Below, piece by piece: positions 53,716 through 63,626 of a stretch of 64,000 nt of DNA. Where the stretch lies: NCBI GenBank assembly GCA_019828565.1, contig JAHDYR010000014.1, forward strand, positions 186,001 to 250,000, given 5' to 3'. The stretch is from Carpediemonas membranifera BICM (Eukaryota > Protista > Fornicata). A program made the translations under genes and the position numbers. Position 1 is the stretch's first letter, and every line of letters starts with the position of its first letter. The notes under the pieces were generated by a model. The model was not told where the DNA came from, did not search any database, and saw only the letters and a list, made by a program, of their open reading frames with translations.

Positions 53716-55653
53716 TCACCACACAGCCTTCCCACGGCACCGCATGACGATGGTCCGGTCGACCTCGGTCAATTCCTCGCTGACAGAACCCCACACGTCT
53801 GGCGCCCTGTCTTTGAGTGCCCCAAGAGCAAGCGTGGCGAACATCTGGACGCGGGTATCAGGGTGGGGAACGAGTGTAACAAGTGTCGCGGCCACCTCGG
53901 ACATGAAGGGTGCTATCTCGGCCCTGCTCTTGGTCGAGAACTCAGTACAGACATCGCGGAGGACAGCACTGAGCGAGGCGTCATTGCTGGCGTGTTTCAA
54001 GGCAGAGATGAAGTCGGTGCCCTCCTGGTGCTCGGGCATCGCTGGGAAGTTCGCGCTGACCTTGCATGGCTCTAATAAACCAATAGCAATGCCCCTGACG
54101 CTCTGGTTGACCCGGTTTGACTCCATAGCAGCATCCACAGCAGTCGGTACGGCCCGATACAGTGCGGTCAACACCGACCCAGCCGCAACAGAGACGGCGG
54201 CGTCGTCATGGTCGAGGAAGCCGGCAGCAGTGATGGTGGCGTCGACAGCGGCGTTGTGCTGGACGTCGGTCAGCCCGAGACCCAGCGAGTCGGCCAGACG
54301 CTCGAGAGCAGACGCCACGGCCGACTCTGACCCGACCCGCGGGAGTGACTGTACGGAGTCGAGACTCGCTGACTCAATAGCCGCAGGAGGGTCATCCACG
54401 GGCATGCTCTGGGTGACTACTGGGATGGTGCGGGGCACAGGGGCAGCGGTGGGGGCAGTAGAGTGTGGGTCGGGGCTGAGAGGCGGAGCAGTGAGGATGT
54501 CACTGTCCAGTGAGACGCTGAAGCTGCTGAACTCCACAGTGTCGTCATCAGCAGGGGCGGGGGCCGGCTGTGGCTGGGGTAACGCGTTGTCGAGAGCGGG
54601 GATCCTGGGCGGCAGCCGAATCATGCTCTGACGCCTGTTGACCCCAGTCGCCGGCAGCTCTGGTCTCGGCTGGACGGACAGTGTTGCGAACGTCGCCGTG
54701 GGCTTCACCGGTGCATGTGGCGGGACTCCCCCGCTGAGCCCCGTCTTCGGCAGCATGGACACGTTCACCGAGCCAGTGGACCGGGCTGGCTTGGGCGCCG
54801 TCTTCCGCCCCAACCCGAACTTGATGCTCTCGCTGGGTTGGCCCAGTCCCTTCATCGTCACCCCCCCAAGTGTGGTCCGTCTTGATCCATCCTGGCCTTG
54901 GGGTAGACCTGGCGCCATAGTAAAGCTGATAGTACCTGTCCGTATGCCGCTAGTAGGTCTGACACCACTCGCCGTCGCCCCTTCCTTGGCCATCTCGCGG
55001 ATGCTCGGGTCCTTGTCGCCACTAAGGGTCCGCAGGGCTTCCTGGACACTCTCTACAGTGCCCGGCTTAGGTCTTTGGGGCTGGTTCTCAAGGTATGTCG
55101 TCAGCAGTGACACTACAGCCGATCTGACGTGACTCGACTTCTCAACCTTGAACGACGCCCGGCTACAAAGGGTCTGGATCTTGCCATCACGTACCATGTT
55201 GCCCTCAACCAGCTCCTGCAGCGTTAGCACAGCATCTTGCCTGCTGATGCTCTTGGTGGTGCCGGTTTGCTTCATCACGTCGTCGAAGATGAAATTGACG
55301 AACTTACGGAAGAATGTCTTGGCCACAGTGTTAGTGTCCTCTTGCCTCAGGCGCTCGTTCATGCGGCGGACAGCATCGTGGGCGGAGGAAGAGGCTTGAG
55401 TGCGTTCACACAGGAGCTCCAGCAGGATGACGTCCTTGAGGTCGAATACAACCTTAAAGACATTGTCAGCATCGGGATGAACTTCACCGAGGTCGCCAAG
55501 ACTGGCCATCGCATCCCTTCGCTGCTCCCAGCGGTCTTCAATGGACTCTTTCGACGTATCAAGCAATGTAGCCTTGATTTCCCGATAGTCATCCGGTATT
55601 AACGTCATGAACTCCTCATCGTCCGACTCATAGTCATCATAAGGCTCCAACAT
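53716..55653 (-). CDS. HEAT/TOG-like repeat protein (possibly microtubule-associated)
   Basis: RWEQRRDAM, KSSHVRSAV and LSGDKDPSIREMAKE HEAT-like motifs, a Pro/Ser/Thr linker and C-terminal HEAT-like segments (HPDTRVQ). Confidence 0.65.
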   Translation of the reverse strand: MLEPYDDYESDDEEFMTLIPDDYREIKATLLDTSKESIEDRWEQRRDAMASLGDLGEVHPDADNVFKVVFDLKDVILLELLCERTQASSSAHDAVRRMNERLRQEDTNTVAKTFFRKFVNFIFDDVMKQTGTTKSISRQDAVLTLQELVEGNMVRDGKIQTLCSRASFKVEKSSHVRSAVVSLLTTYLENQPQRPKPGTVESVQEALRTLSGDKDPSIREMAKEGATASGVRPTSGIRTGTISFTMAPGLPQGQDGSRRTTLGGVTMKGLGQPSESIKFGLGRKTAPKPARSTGSVNVSMLPKTGLSGGVPPHAPVKPTATFATLSVQPRPELPATGVNRRQSMIRLPPRIPALDNALPQPQPAPAPADDDTVEFSSFSVSLDSDILTAPPLSPDPHSTAPTAAPVPRTIPVVTQSMPVDDPPAAIESASLDSVQSLPRVGSESAVASALERLADSLGLGLTDVQHNAAVDATITAAGFLDHDDAAVSVAAGSVLTALYRAVPTAVDAAMESNRVNQSVRGIAIGLLEPCKVSANFPAMPEHQEGTDFISALKHASNDASLSAVLRDVCTEFSTKSRAEIAPFMSEVAATLVTLVPHPDTRVQMFATLALGALKDRAPDVWGSVSEELTEVDRTIVMRCRGKAVW

Positions 55654-55835
55654 GGCTAAATGGGTTGAAGGGCCAAAAATCAACGAAATTCATCCGGCGC
55701 ACTAAACTGCACATCCGATGAATAGGTGACGGGGTGACGTCAACCGGCCATGGGGAATGCCGGCCTAGTCTCAAAGGTAGTTTTGAGGCAGTCGTTTTGG
55801 GAGGCTCAGAACAAAATACGAAGCAATTGCCGCCG

Positions 55836-56993
55836 ATGCCTCCAGTAACAGCAGGAACGGGAAGCAAACGCGTTGCACGAAAGAAAGTAGGCGAAGTAAG
55901 TACAGTTACGCTTTCGTTTCCGTCTGAAATGGATACAGCTGCTGGGAAAGAAACAAGGCCGTCAGCAACAGCGGCCGCAATCAAACGGCCCAAATCCACG
56001 ACGTTCATTCGAAAGGGATCTATCGATAAGGAGAGATTCGGCGAAGTGCGGCGGCCAACGTCCTCGATTGGCTCGCATGTCGCACCGCTCGTCTCGCCAC
56101 AGACCTCCCCGCGCTCGCACCTCTCGAGCCAAGCGCAGCCGAAGCTCAGAGCTGCCAAGACGCAGCTAATCGGAGGGCTGAACGACCAAATCCAATACGG
56201 CAAGTCAGCATCGGCCCGAAATGTTGTTGAAATGATGAACAACAGCCTCCGTATGCTGGAAAAGGAGCAGCTGCGGAGCAAGAGCACCGAGGTCAGCCCC
56301 AGGAGGACGTACGACATCCTCAGCAGCGACGACACTGACCTCCCCGAGCCCTTTGTGCCGCACGAGTCGCCGCGGACGCTGCTCCGGGGTCTGGACCCGA
56401 CACATCCTACCACGCCCGTCAGGTCGGGGAGCTCGAGCACTTTTACCCCCTACACTAAGCTGCCGACTCTGCCTGAGATACCGTCCCTCCCCGTGTTGGC
56501 GATTGGAGAGAGCAGCGAGGCCCTGGAGCCCATTGAGGTCGAGACTGGCGAGGCCTCATGCCAGACTGTACCCCCCGACGCCGTGGACAGCGGCTGCATG
56601 GCCACCCCCGCGTTGACCGCCACAGACACCCAGACAGCGGTTGTTACCATGGTGACGGAGGGCACAGACTACGACCCCCCTGGACCTGTCCACACTGCAG
56701 CAACACCGAGGCCTACGACACCGACACGGTCACCCCATGCCCCGCCCCGCTACTCGAGACACATCCCGTCCCCAGCACTTGGCACAGACTGCTCGTTCGT
56801 CGACGAGGGGATGGACTCAAACGTGAGTCATGCAGTCGATGCGTTCTTCGCAGAGTCATCGCCCGATTGTCTTGACGTTATTGCCCGGATTGGTGGACTT
56901 GACTTCAAGGAGTTTTTCGACGTGTCTACGTCTGATATGTCTCTGTTGGGCTTCTCCTCCCTGGACCTTGGTGATGTAGAGTTCATTGCATGA
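55836..56993 (+). CDS. Hypothetical low-complexity Ser/Thr/Pro-rich protein
   Basis: Long ORF divergent from the HEAT gene. The first ATG is at 55836. Confidence 0.6.
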   Translation: MPPVTAGTGSKRVARKKVGEVSTVTLSFPSEMDTAAGKETRPSATAAAIKRPKSTTFIRKGSIDKERFGEVRRPTSSIGSHVAPLVSPQTSPRSHLSSQAQPKLRAAKTQLIGGLNDQIQYGKSASARNVVEMMNNSLRMLEKEQLRSKSTEVSPRRTYDILSSDDTDLPEPFVPHESPRTLLRGLDPTHPTTPVRSGSSSTFTPYTKLPTLPEIPSLPVLAIGESSEALEPIEVETGEASCQTVPPDAVDSGCMATPALTATDTQTAVVTMVTEGTDYDPPGPVHTAATPRPTTPTRSPHAPPRYSRHIPSPALGTDCSFVDEGMDSNVSHAVDAFFAESSPDCLDVIARIGGLDFKEFFDVSTSDMSLLGFSSLDLGDVEFIA

Positions 56994-57088
56994 TGGCACA
57001 GGCTGGCATCTGCTCGGCATCATCACTTCATTCATTCGGATCTTTAAAACTAACACACGCATTGAGGTCGGGTGCTTGCTGGTAACGT

Positions 57089-57500
57089 GTGAGAGTGCTA
57101 TCATCGCCTGTCCCTCTCGAATTGACGAGATCGCAGATTACGACCATCAACAATGTGTTATTGAAGGGTCAAACTATGTGTTGCACCATCGTCGTCTGCC
57201 CTCACTGCCACGCCCCCTACAAGCGAGTTCGTCCGCGTGATGACCAGCACGTTCACCCACATCGTGTGATGCTCTGCGAAAAACCACAGTGCCGTGGTGC
57301 TCAGTGGCGCGCAACAGTTCCTGATGCTCTGAATGTTGATCATCGGGACAAGAGTGCTGCAGAGAACATCCTGTGGCGTTCTCTTGCCACGGAAGATGAG
57401 CTCAGTGGCTCTCCGTTCAGTCGCACATCGATCCCACGTCTTCAAACATCATTCCAGTATCATCAATTGGCTAACCGCCAGCATTCGTCTACGGACGGAT
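57089..57500 (+). mobile_element. TnpB/Fanzor-like RNA-guided nuclease C-terminal remnant (zinc ribbon plus RuvC-III)
   Basis: SSPVP...NVLLKGQTMCCTIVVCPHCH...RVMLCEKPQCRG...DHRDKSAAENILWRSL fits the TnpB/Fanzor C-terminal pattern T-x(2-3)-CxxC...R-x3-C-x(2-4)-C...RDxxAAxNI. It has no N-terminal part. Homologous relics lie in the tandem array. Confidence 0.65.
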
Positions 57501-57598
57501 CATGTTGTACAGTTTGGCACTTTGATCGTTCCTTTCAGGCCCTGTCTTGGAGGTTCGAAGAATGTGTTTATACTGCGCAACAAACAATGCATGGCCAC

Positions 57599-60100
57599 AT
57601 GCCATCGAAAATGACCATGCTTGCTCTATTTCTGTTACTAGAGCTCTGTCTTACCCTCAGCTTCGTCGTGGATACAGTTGATTCGCCCGGACAGGCATCA
57701 AGCCTAAAGTTTGGTTCCGACGTTGCGATTGACGGGAATGTTATGATAGTAGGCCGCGGTGATCCTATTTCGGCGCAGGACGCATACGACGTATTCACAT
57801 ATCTGGACGGGAGGTGGGTTTTCGCCCACCCGGTTGTTCCTACCACTCGGTCGTACCCGTTAGGTGGTCCTGTTGCTCTCAACAGCAAGTGGTTGATCGC
57901 TGCAGGCTCATACGCTGGTGTGGCTATCGTTTTCTCGCGCCATGCCGACGAGTTCACGCTCATGACGCAGGTAGAGGGTCCCGACGGGTGCTCAGCCATA
58001 TCCTCCATAGACCTCGACGAGGACAGCGCCATCGTCGGCGCCTCCCTCACCTCCACTGCCACGCTCACTGAGGTGGGTGTGGCCTTCATCATTGCCCTCG
58101 AACACGGTGACTGGACATCCACTGCCGTCCTCACGGCGCCCAAGGCCTACTCCGTGTCCTACGCGAACTTCGGGTCTAGCGTTGCGTTAGAGGGGAACGT
58201 TGCCCTGATCAGTGCCTCCGGAGTCTCCTGTGTCTTCGTCATTAGCCGTGAGAACCCCCTGGACAGCTGGCAGTACGAGTACCTCTTCCAAGACGTCGCC
58301 AGCACTAGTACAGGTCACCAGCTGGCGTATCAGGGCGGCCTGGCGGTCATTGGCTCGCCCGGCCTCTATATGCCGTCTGCCCTGGTCAAACGGCGGGACG
58401 GTGTGGGGCAGTGGTCGGACGTCGTCTCCCTGACCAGCGATGAGGGGACACCCACGCTGTTTGGGCAGTCTGTGGCCATATCCGGTGACATGGTTGTTGT
58501 TGGGGCGCCCTCTTCGCTCATTGCCCCCGCGGTCGCCCGTATCAACATTTACAACACATCCACCTGGGTCGGCCAGGTGATCAGAGACATCGACGTCGGT
58601 GACACCGCATTTGGCAGCGTTGTTGCCATCACTGACCGCTTCATCGCCGTCGCATCGACCCCGTCTGTTCTGGGGTCGGCCAGCTCGGCCGGGGAGGTTT
58701 ACTCTCTCAATACAGCGTGCGGTGAGGGCCAATATAGCCCGACCTGGGGCAGCTGCAGGGCGTGTCCGCGCGGCACCACCAGTGTGGCGGGGTCGGCTGA
58801 CTGTTCCCCCCGTGGGTCAAGGGATCTCGGTCCAGTCATCCTTGTCGCACTGGTCGCGGACACAATCCTGGCCCTGGTGCTGGCGGCCAACGTCCTCCTC
58901 GGTTGCCTGGCCCGGCCGGCTGCAACCGTGTTCCCCGCGGTCAGACGTGTGCTCGTCGTCCTCCGACATGTGCCCTGGCTCACCTCGTACGCCCTGGGCC
59001 TCGGCGTCCTTGTACTGACAGCAACAGTCATCAGTCTGGAGTTCAGCCTCGTCTGGGCGGGTGCTGTGGTCATCATGGCCGCCGTCCTCCTCCTACCCGC
59101 CCTCGTCATCATGCACGCCAGGCTCATGCCGCGGAAGTCTGCGAGGAGGCCCAAGACCAAGACCCACCCTGCTGTGCCAGCCCGGGCCTGGTCTGCGTCA
59201 ACCCGCACCACCCAATCTACCCCCACAGACGTCACAGCCTTGTTAGCCCGTCACCCCTCACAGATGTCAATCCCGGACAGCCCCGCATCAGGTGCTGGGG
59301 CCATCGCGGCCATCGAGTACACTCACGACCAGCTCGAGCTCTGTGAGATCATCGGGCAAGGGGGTTTCGGCAACGTCTTCCGGGGTGACCTTCTCGGGAC
59401 CCCGTGCGCCGTGAAGGAGAGCATCGTGCGACACATGGGGCCTAGTGGGCTTCGTAACGTCGTCAAGGAGCTCGCCATCCACAGCTCTCTCGTGCACCCC
59501 GGGGTTATCCAGCTACTTGGCTTTGTTCGGCTCGATGGGAAGCTGCTCATCTGCCTCGAGCTGGCGGACGGATCTTTATATGATTTGATTCATTCAAACG
59601 AGACTCTCCCGTGGTCCCGGCGGTGGGACATTGCTGCCTCTATCGCCCAGACGCTCGCCTTCATTTATCTGAGGGGCGTGCAGCACAGAGACCTCAAGAG
59701 CAAGAACATCCTGATGGTCGGCGATCGGTGTAAGATCAGCGACTTTGGCACGAGTCGCGAGGCCATAGTCAGCACTGCTTCGACCGTACCACAATACACT
59801 CCTGCCTGGGCTGCCCCAGAGCGGTTCAGCTGGCAATTTACTGAGAAGAGCGACGTATACTCATTCGGCGTCGTCATGTGGGAGCTGGCTACACGTGAGA
59901 AGCCGTTCGCTGGCATGGAGCTCGATGCCATCGTGAAGTCCATTCTGTCGGGCGAGCGCCTCCAGTTTCCCGCGGACACCCCCGCCGAGTTCGCGACCAT
60001 AGCAATGCGGTGCTGGGCACCCGACCCGGAACACCGGCCATCTTTCGAGGAGCTCGGACAGATGCTGGTCGGCCGGAGTGCCATGCCGGGGTTATTATAG
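57599..60100 (+). CDS. Receptor-like TKL kinase: signal peptide, FG-GAP beta-propeller, Cys-rich repeat, ~3 TM segments, kinase
   Basis: MTMLALFLLLELCLTLS signal; FGSDVAIDG, FGSSVALEG and FGQSVAISGD..VVGAP repeats; CGEGQYS...CRACPRGT; IGQGGFGNVF, CAVK, HRDLKSKNIL, KISDFG, TPAWAAPE, KSDVYSFGVVMWE, CW...PEHRPSF. Confidence 0.9.
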   Translation: MPSKMTMLALFLLLELCLTLSFVVDTVDSPGQASSLKFGSDVAIDGNVMIVGRGDPISAQDAYDVFTYLDGRWVFAHPVVPTTRSYPLGGPVALNSKWLIAAGSYAGVAIVFSRHADEFTLMTQVEGPDGCSAISSIDLDEDSAIVGASLTSTATLTEVGVAFIIALEHGDWTSTAVLTAPKAYSVSYANFGSSVALEGNVALISASGVSCVFVISRENPLDSWQYEYLFQDVASTSTGHQLAYQGGLAVIGSPGLYMPSALVKRRDGVGQWSDVVSLTSDEGTPTLFGQSVAISGDMVVVGAPSSLIAPAVARINIYNTSTWVGQVIRDIDVGDTAFGSVVAITDRFIAVASTPSVLGSASSAGEVYSLNTACGEGQYSPTWGSCRACPRGTTSVAGSADCSPRGSRDLGPVILVALVADTILALVLAANVLLGCLARPAATVFPAVRRVLVVLRHVPWLTSYALGLGVLVLTATVISLEFSLVWAGAVVIMAAVLLLPALVIMHARLMPRKSARRPKTKTHPAVPARAWSASTRTTQSTPTDVTALLARHPSQMSIPDSPASGAGAIAAIEYTHDQLELCEIIGQGGFGNVFRGDLLGTPCAVKESIVRHMGPSGLRNVVKELAIHSSLVHPGVIQLLGFVRLDGKLLICLELADGSLYDLIHSNETLPWSRRWDIAASIAQTLAFIYLRGVQHRDLKSKNILMVGDRCKISDFGTSREAIVSTASTVPQYTPAWAAPERFSWQFTEKSDVYSFGVVMWELATREKPFAGMELDAIVKSILSGERLQFPADTPAEFATIAMRCWAPDPEHRPSFEELGQMLVGRSAMPGLL

Positions 60101-60250
60101 TCTATACATGCCATTACTCCATAAACTTATGCAGACCGCAATGGGGTCGACTGCCTCTACTACGCCGTCGAGCTAGGGTTTCATTTCGCTTCAGTTTTTT
60201 CGGCAAAAAATGCTGGAAAAAAGTTGCTTCAGCATTCAAACCCAATACTA

Positions 60251-60868
60251 ATGTCGTCCTGGATCTTTGTCGGAAACGTTCCCCTTGGTATCAAGCGGGA
60301 AGAACTGCAGGCCATCTTCCCCGAAGCCTCCAGAATCGCTGGCTCTCCGGCTCGCCGTTTCCGTCACGTCGGCTTCGCTACCGAAGAGGCCCGTGACGCT
60401 GCTCTCGCCAAGTCTGGCCTCCAGATTGGTGAAAATGAGCTTCACCTCGAGGCCGCTTCCTCCAGCCCTCGCCCCCGCCGCCGCACTCCGTCCAAGAAGA
60501 CTGACGATATGCCCGAGGGCTCCAAGCCCGCGGGTGAGAAGACCGAGGCTCCCCGCCGCGTCCGCCGCACCCCTGAAGTTGGCCCCGAGTCTGCGACTGT
60601 AGCTTTCATTGGGAACCTCCCCCATGACTGCACCGAGAAGCAGCTCGCCGAGTTCATGACCGCCAACGAGGCCCCCAAGCCTACCGAGGTCCGCCTCATT
60701 ACTCCCCGCCGCCGCTTCGCCCGGAGCGCCTATGCGTTCGTCGAGTTCGCTGCTGCTGACCTCGATGCCGCAGTTGCCGCCCTTTCTGGAAAGATGATGG
60801 GCGAGAACGAGATCACAGCCGCGAAGTCCACCTCCACTGGCGTTAAGACTGGTGAGGAAAAGGAGTAA
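60251..60868 (+). CDS. Two-RRM RNA-binding protein
   Basis: RNP2 motifs IFVGNV and AFIGNL, RNP1 YAFVEF. Confidence 0.85.
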   Translation: MSSWIFVGNVPLGIKREELQAIFPEASRIAGSPARRFRHVGFATEEARDAALAKSGLQIGENELHLEAASSSPRPRRRTPSKKTDDMPEGSKPAGEKTEAPRRVRRTPEVGPESATVAFIGNLPHDCTEKQLAEFMTANEAPKPTEVRLITPRRRFARSAYAFVEFAAADLDAAVAALSGKMMGENEITAAKSTSTGVKTGEEKE

Positions 60869-60951
60869 ACTCTTCATTTAGTGAGTTGTGGCTCTCGGCC
60901 GCTGCATTTGGATACATTGACTTTGCTCACAGTCGTGGCGAGCTTGACGAT

Positions 60952-62156
60952 ATGTCATTGAGTGGACCAGCGATTTGTATCGATAATGCATGTTCTTATC
61001 CGTTAGCTTATACAGGGCAGTTGCACCACGAAGGTTGGTTTCGCCGGCGAGGATCATCCTGCCGCCAAATTCGGGACATGGTTAGTTATTCACCGCACAT
61101 AACCGTTATTCAGGGTTGGACGTAGCAGGCACAAGGCTGTTATTCGCACAGGCATGCAGCAATCAGAATACATCGGGTCAAATGCTCAGGAGCTCGTTTG
61201 TTCCCGCCCAACACCACAACCTCACACAGCGCGGCATCCTCCGGTTGAACTGGCCCATATCCCGCGGCAGAGTGACCAACTGGGACGACCTGACTCTCAT
61301 ATGGAACCACATTATCAACCATGAGCTCGACATCGCCTCCCTCGAGGACCATCCCCTCGTGCTCGTAGAACCCGCCCTCACGCCCAAGGCGGATCGTATG
61401 AGAGCAGCTGAGATCCTGTTCGAGGGCTTGGGCGTTTCCTCTGTCTTGTTCCCACCGCAAGGTGTTCTTTCGTTGCTTGCTACCGGGAAAACCACTGGCC
61501 TGGCCGTCGACGTCGGGTATGGCAGCACCACGGCCGTGCCTGTCGTCCACGGGTTTGCAGCTGACCCTATGATTGTCAAGACGGATGTCGGTGGCGTTGA
61601 CGCACAGATGTATCTGCAATATCTTATGAGATCCTCAGGGTCTTATGGCCTGCAGACAACGACAGAGTTGGAAGCCACACGGTCTATTCTTGAGCATGTT
61701 ACGGCTGTCCGACTCAACGAGCAAACCCCCGCTGGGCCCGTCGATTACACACTCCCCGATGGCAGTATCGTGACCATGAAGGGTTCAGAGCGGACCGGGT
61801 GTTGGGAGCCCCTCTTCGACCCCACCCTCATCGGCAAGGACGTCCCTGGTGTGCCGACGGTCATTCATGAAGCCGTCCAGCGCGCACCAATGATTGATAG
61901 ACCCGACCTGTGCAAGAACATCGTGCTCTCGGGTGGGTGTGCCCTCGCCCCAGGTATGGCGAGCCGTGTGCTCAATGATTACGCCGCACTCGCCCCGGCA
62001 AGCTTGGAGCTCGGGATGCAGTGTCCCGCCAACGCCGACGTCCTCGACTGGGTCGGTGCAAGCATCGTCAGCGAGCTCAGCACCTTCCAGTCGGCCATGG
62101 TGAGTCGGCATCAGTTCCACGAGGATCATAAGGCTGTGTACGTTTCCGATCTTTGA
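60952..62156 (+). CDS. ARP1: Actin-related protein, centractin/Arp1-like; introns at 60988-61015 (GC-AG), 61081-61113 and 61196-61229
   Basis: Spliced product: ICIDNGSCTTKVGFAGEDHP...VGRSRHKAV...YIGSNAQELRGILRLNWPISRG.VTNWDD...EDHPLVLVE...RAAEILFE...YTLPDGS...NIVLSGG...W.GASI.SELSTF. Confidence 0.85.
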
Positions 62157-62324
62157 AGGAGCTGGGGATAAATGGACGAAGGGCTGAAAGGACTCGGGTA
62201 CTTGGCTCATTGTGTGTATAGCAAGGGATGAGGTCGACGCAATCATGAGATTTTGAGAATCTCGCCTAAATTGAGCAGGCTATTTTCGACCACGGATCAA
62301 ACGACGGTTAAACGAACCGAATGA

Positions 62325-63299
62325 ATGGGAAAGAATGCAGTTCTGCTACTACTTGCTCTTATTACCGCATCTCTCGCTGTCAGAACCTATACGATGGATT
62401 GTCAGTATTCCAGCGACTACAGGGGAGAGGTACACGCTTCTATGGGCGCTAACGACGTCATCGGTGTTATAGTAACCGGTGATGCGAATCCATACACTTT
62501 GGTAGACATTAGCGCCAACTTCAGCGAGCCGCTTAACGCCTTTATCGTCCCTGGAGCTGAATATGAATCTTTCCTCCATTCAACCTCGACCCTCCATGAT
62601 CTAATGGGGAAAGCAACGTTGACTAGCCTCGGGAGGCGGGTTTTCACCTTCTCCAACAACATTGACACGTTCTTCAAGGACGAGACTGTTGTTGTTGTGC
62701 TAAACGCCCCCGTGACTGCCAACGTCTCCATGCTGGTGACAATGACCTCGCCTGTGTCGACTGGCTGGGTCCTCATAGTATCCACTGTCATCGGGATGAC
62801 TGTTTTCTTCTTCGTGCTCTACCACGCGGTGGTGTTCGCCGCTGTCGTCATTGCAACTGCGTATGCCCCGGTCAGAACAGGGCCCAAGTCCAAGTGGGTA
62901 GCACTCATACGCGTGCTGATCCCGGGTGCCTCGTACAACAGTTACCTTGGCCGCCCACTCGCTGCTGTTGCTTCGCTGCTCACATTCGGCTTCTGCTTCG
63001 GACCTCTCTTCGCACTGCCCATCGTCCTGCTCCGTGTTCACCGGTACAATGGCACGCACGCGGGCCCCTCTGGCCCCAAGCCGATGCTCTTGGCTCAACG
63101 GACGAACTCAGCCATTGACCTTGATGCTATCGGGACAGTGAACGACGGCGAAACCCACGCTCCAGTTCACAGCCCCGGTCTGGACAGCATCGGGCCTGTG
63201 TCACGCCCGTGGATGCCGGTCTGGGTTGACGGAACAGCGCTGGACAGTGAAAGCGACGACCCGTCTGAGAGTGGCTGGATGCCAGGCCACGCAGGTTAA
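62325..63299 (+). CDS. Signal-peptide membrane protein with a TM2-like hairpin
   Basis: Hydrophobic N-terminus, a long central TM segment, then PGASYNSYLGRPLAAVASLLTFGFC resembling TM2-domain motifs. Confidence 0.65.
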   Translation: MGKNAVLLLLALITASLAVRTYTMDCQYSSDYRGEVHASMGANDVIGVIVTGDANPYTLVDISANFSEPLNAFIVPGAEYESFLHSTSTLHDLMGKATLTSLGRRVFTFSNNIDTFFKDETVVVVLNAPVTANVSMLVTMTSPVSTGWVLIVSTVIGMTVFFFVLYHAVVFAAVVIATAYAPVRTGPKSKWVALIRVLIPGASYNSYLGRPLAAVASLLTFGFCFGPLFALPIVLLRVHRYNGTHAGPSGPKPMLLAQRTNSAIDLDAIGTVNDGETHAPVHSPGLDSIGPVSRPWMPVWVDGTALDSESDDPSESGWMPGHAG

Positions 63300-63626
63300 C
63301 GGGGAGTTGTTTTGTAGTTTATAAAGGGTCGTCGACCGATCCAGTCAGAGTGGGCAATGAGATTCTCGTCGTATCTAGGAATAATCTGTGTTGACCGGGA
63401 AAGACCTTGACATACCGTTCGTATGACGGTCACTCAAGACTCACTTCGTCGAACCTTCGCCTCCCCTATGCGTGACAGGCGCTGGATAGGGTATAGAATG
63501 AAGATACTCTCATTGATTCGGAGAATCAATGATCAAAAGATATGATTTGAACAAGATTAGTGTGCTGTGCAGAATACTGCTTTGGGAAACTGCGTTATTT
63601 CGTCGACACGCTTCGACGATCATTTA

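Noticed and set aside
57089-60100. 1003-aa ORF as a single ordinary kinase
   Set aside because: It starts at GTG, and a clear signal peptide begins ~170 codons in. The upstream part is better explained as a nuclease relic.
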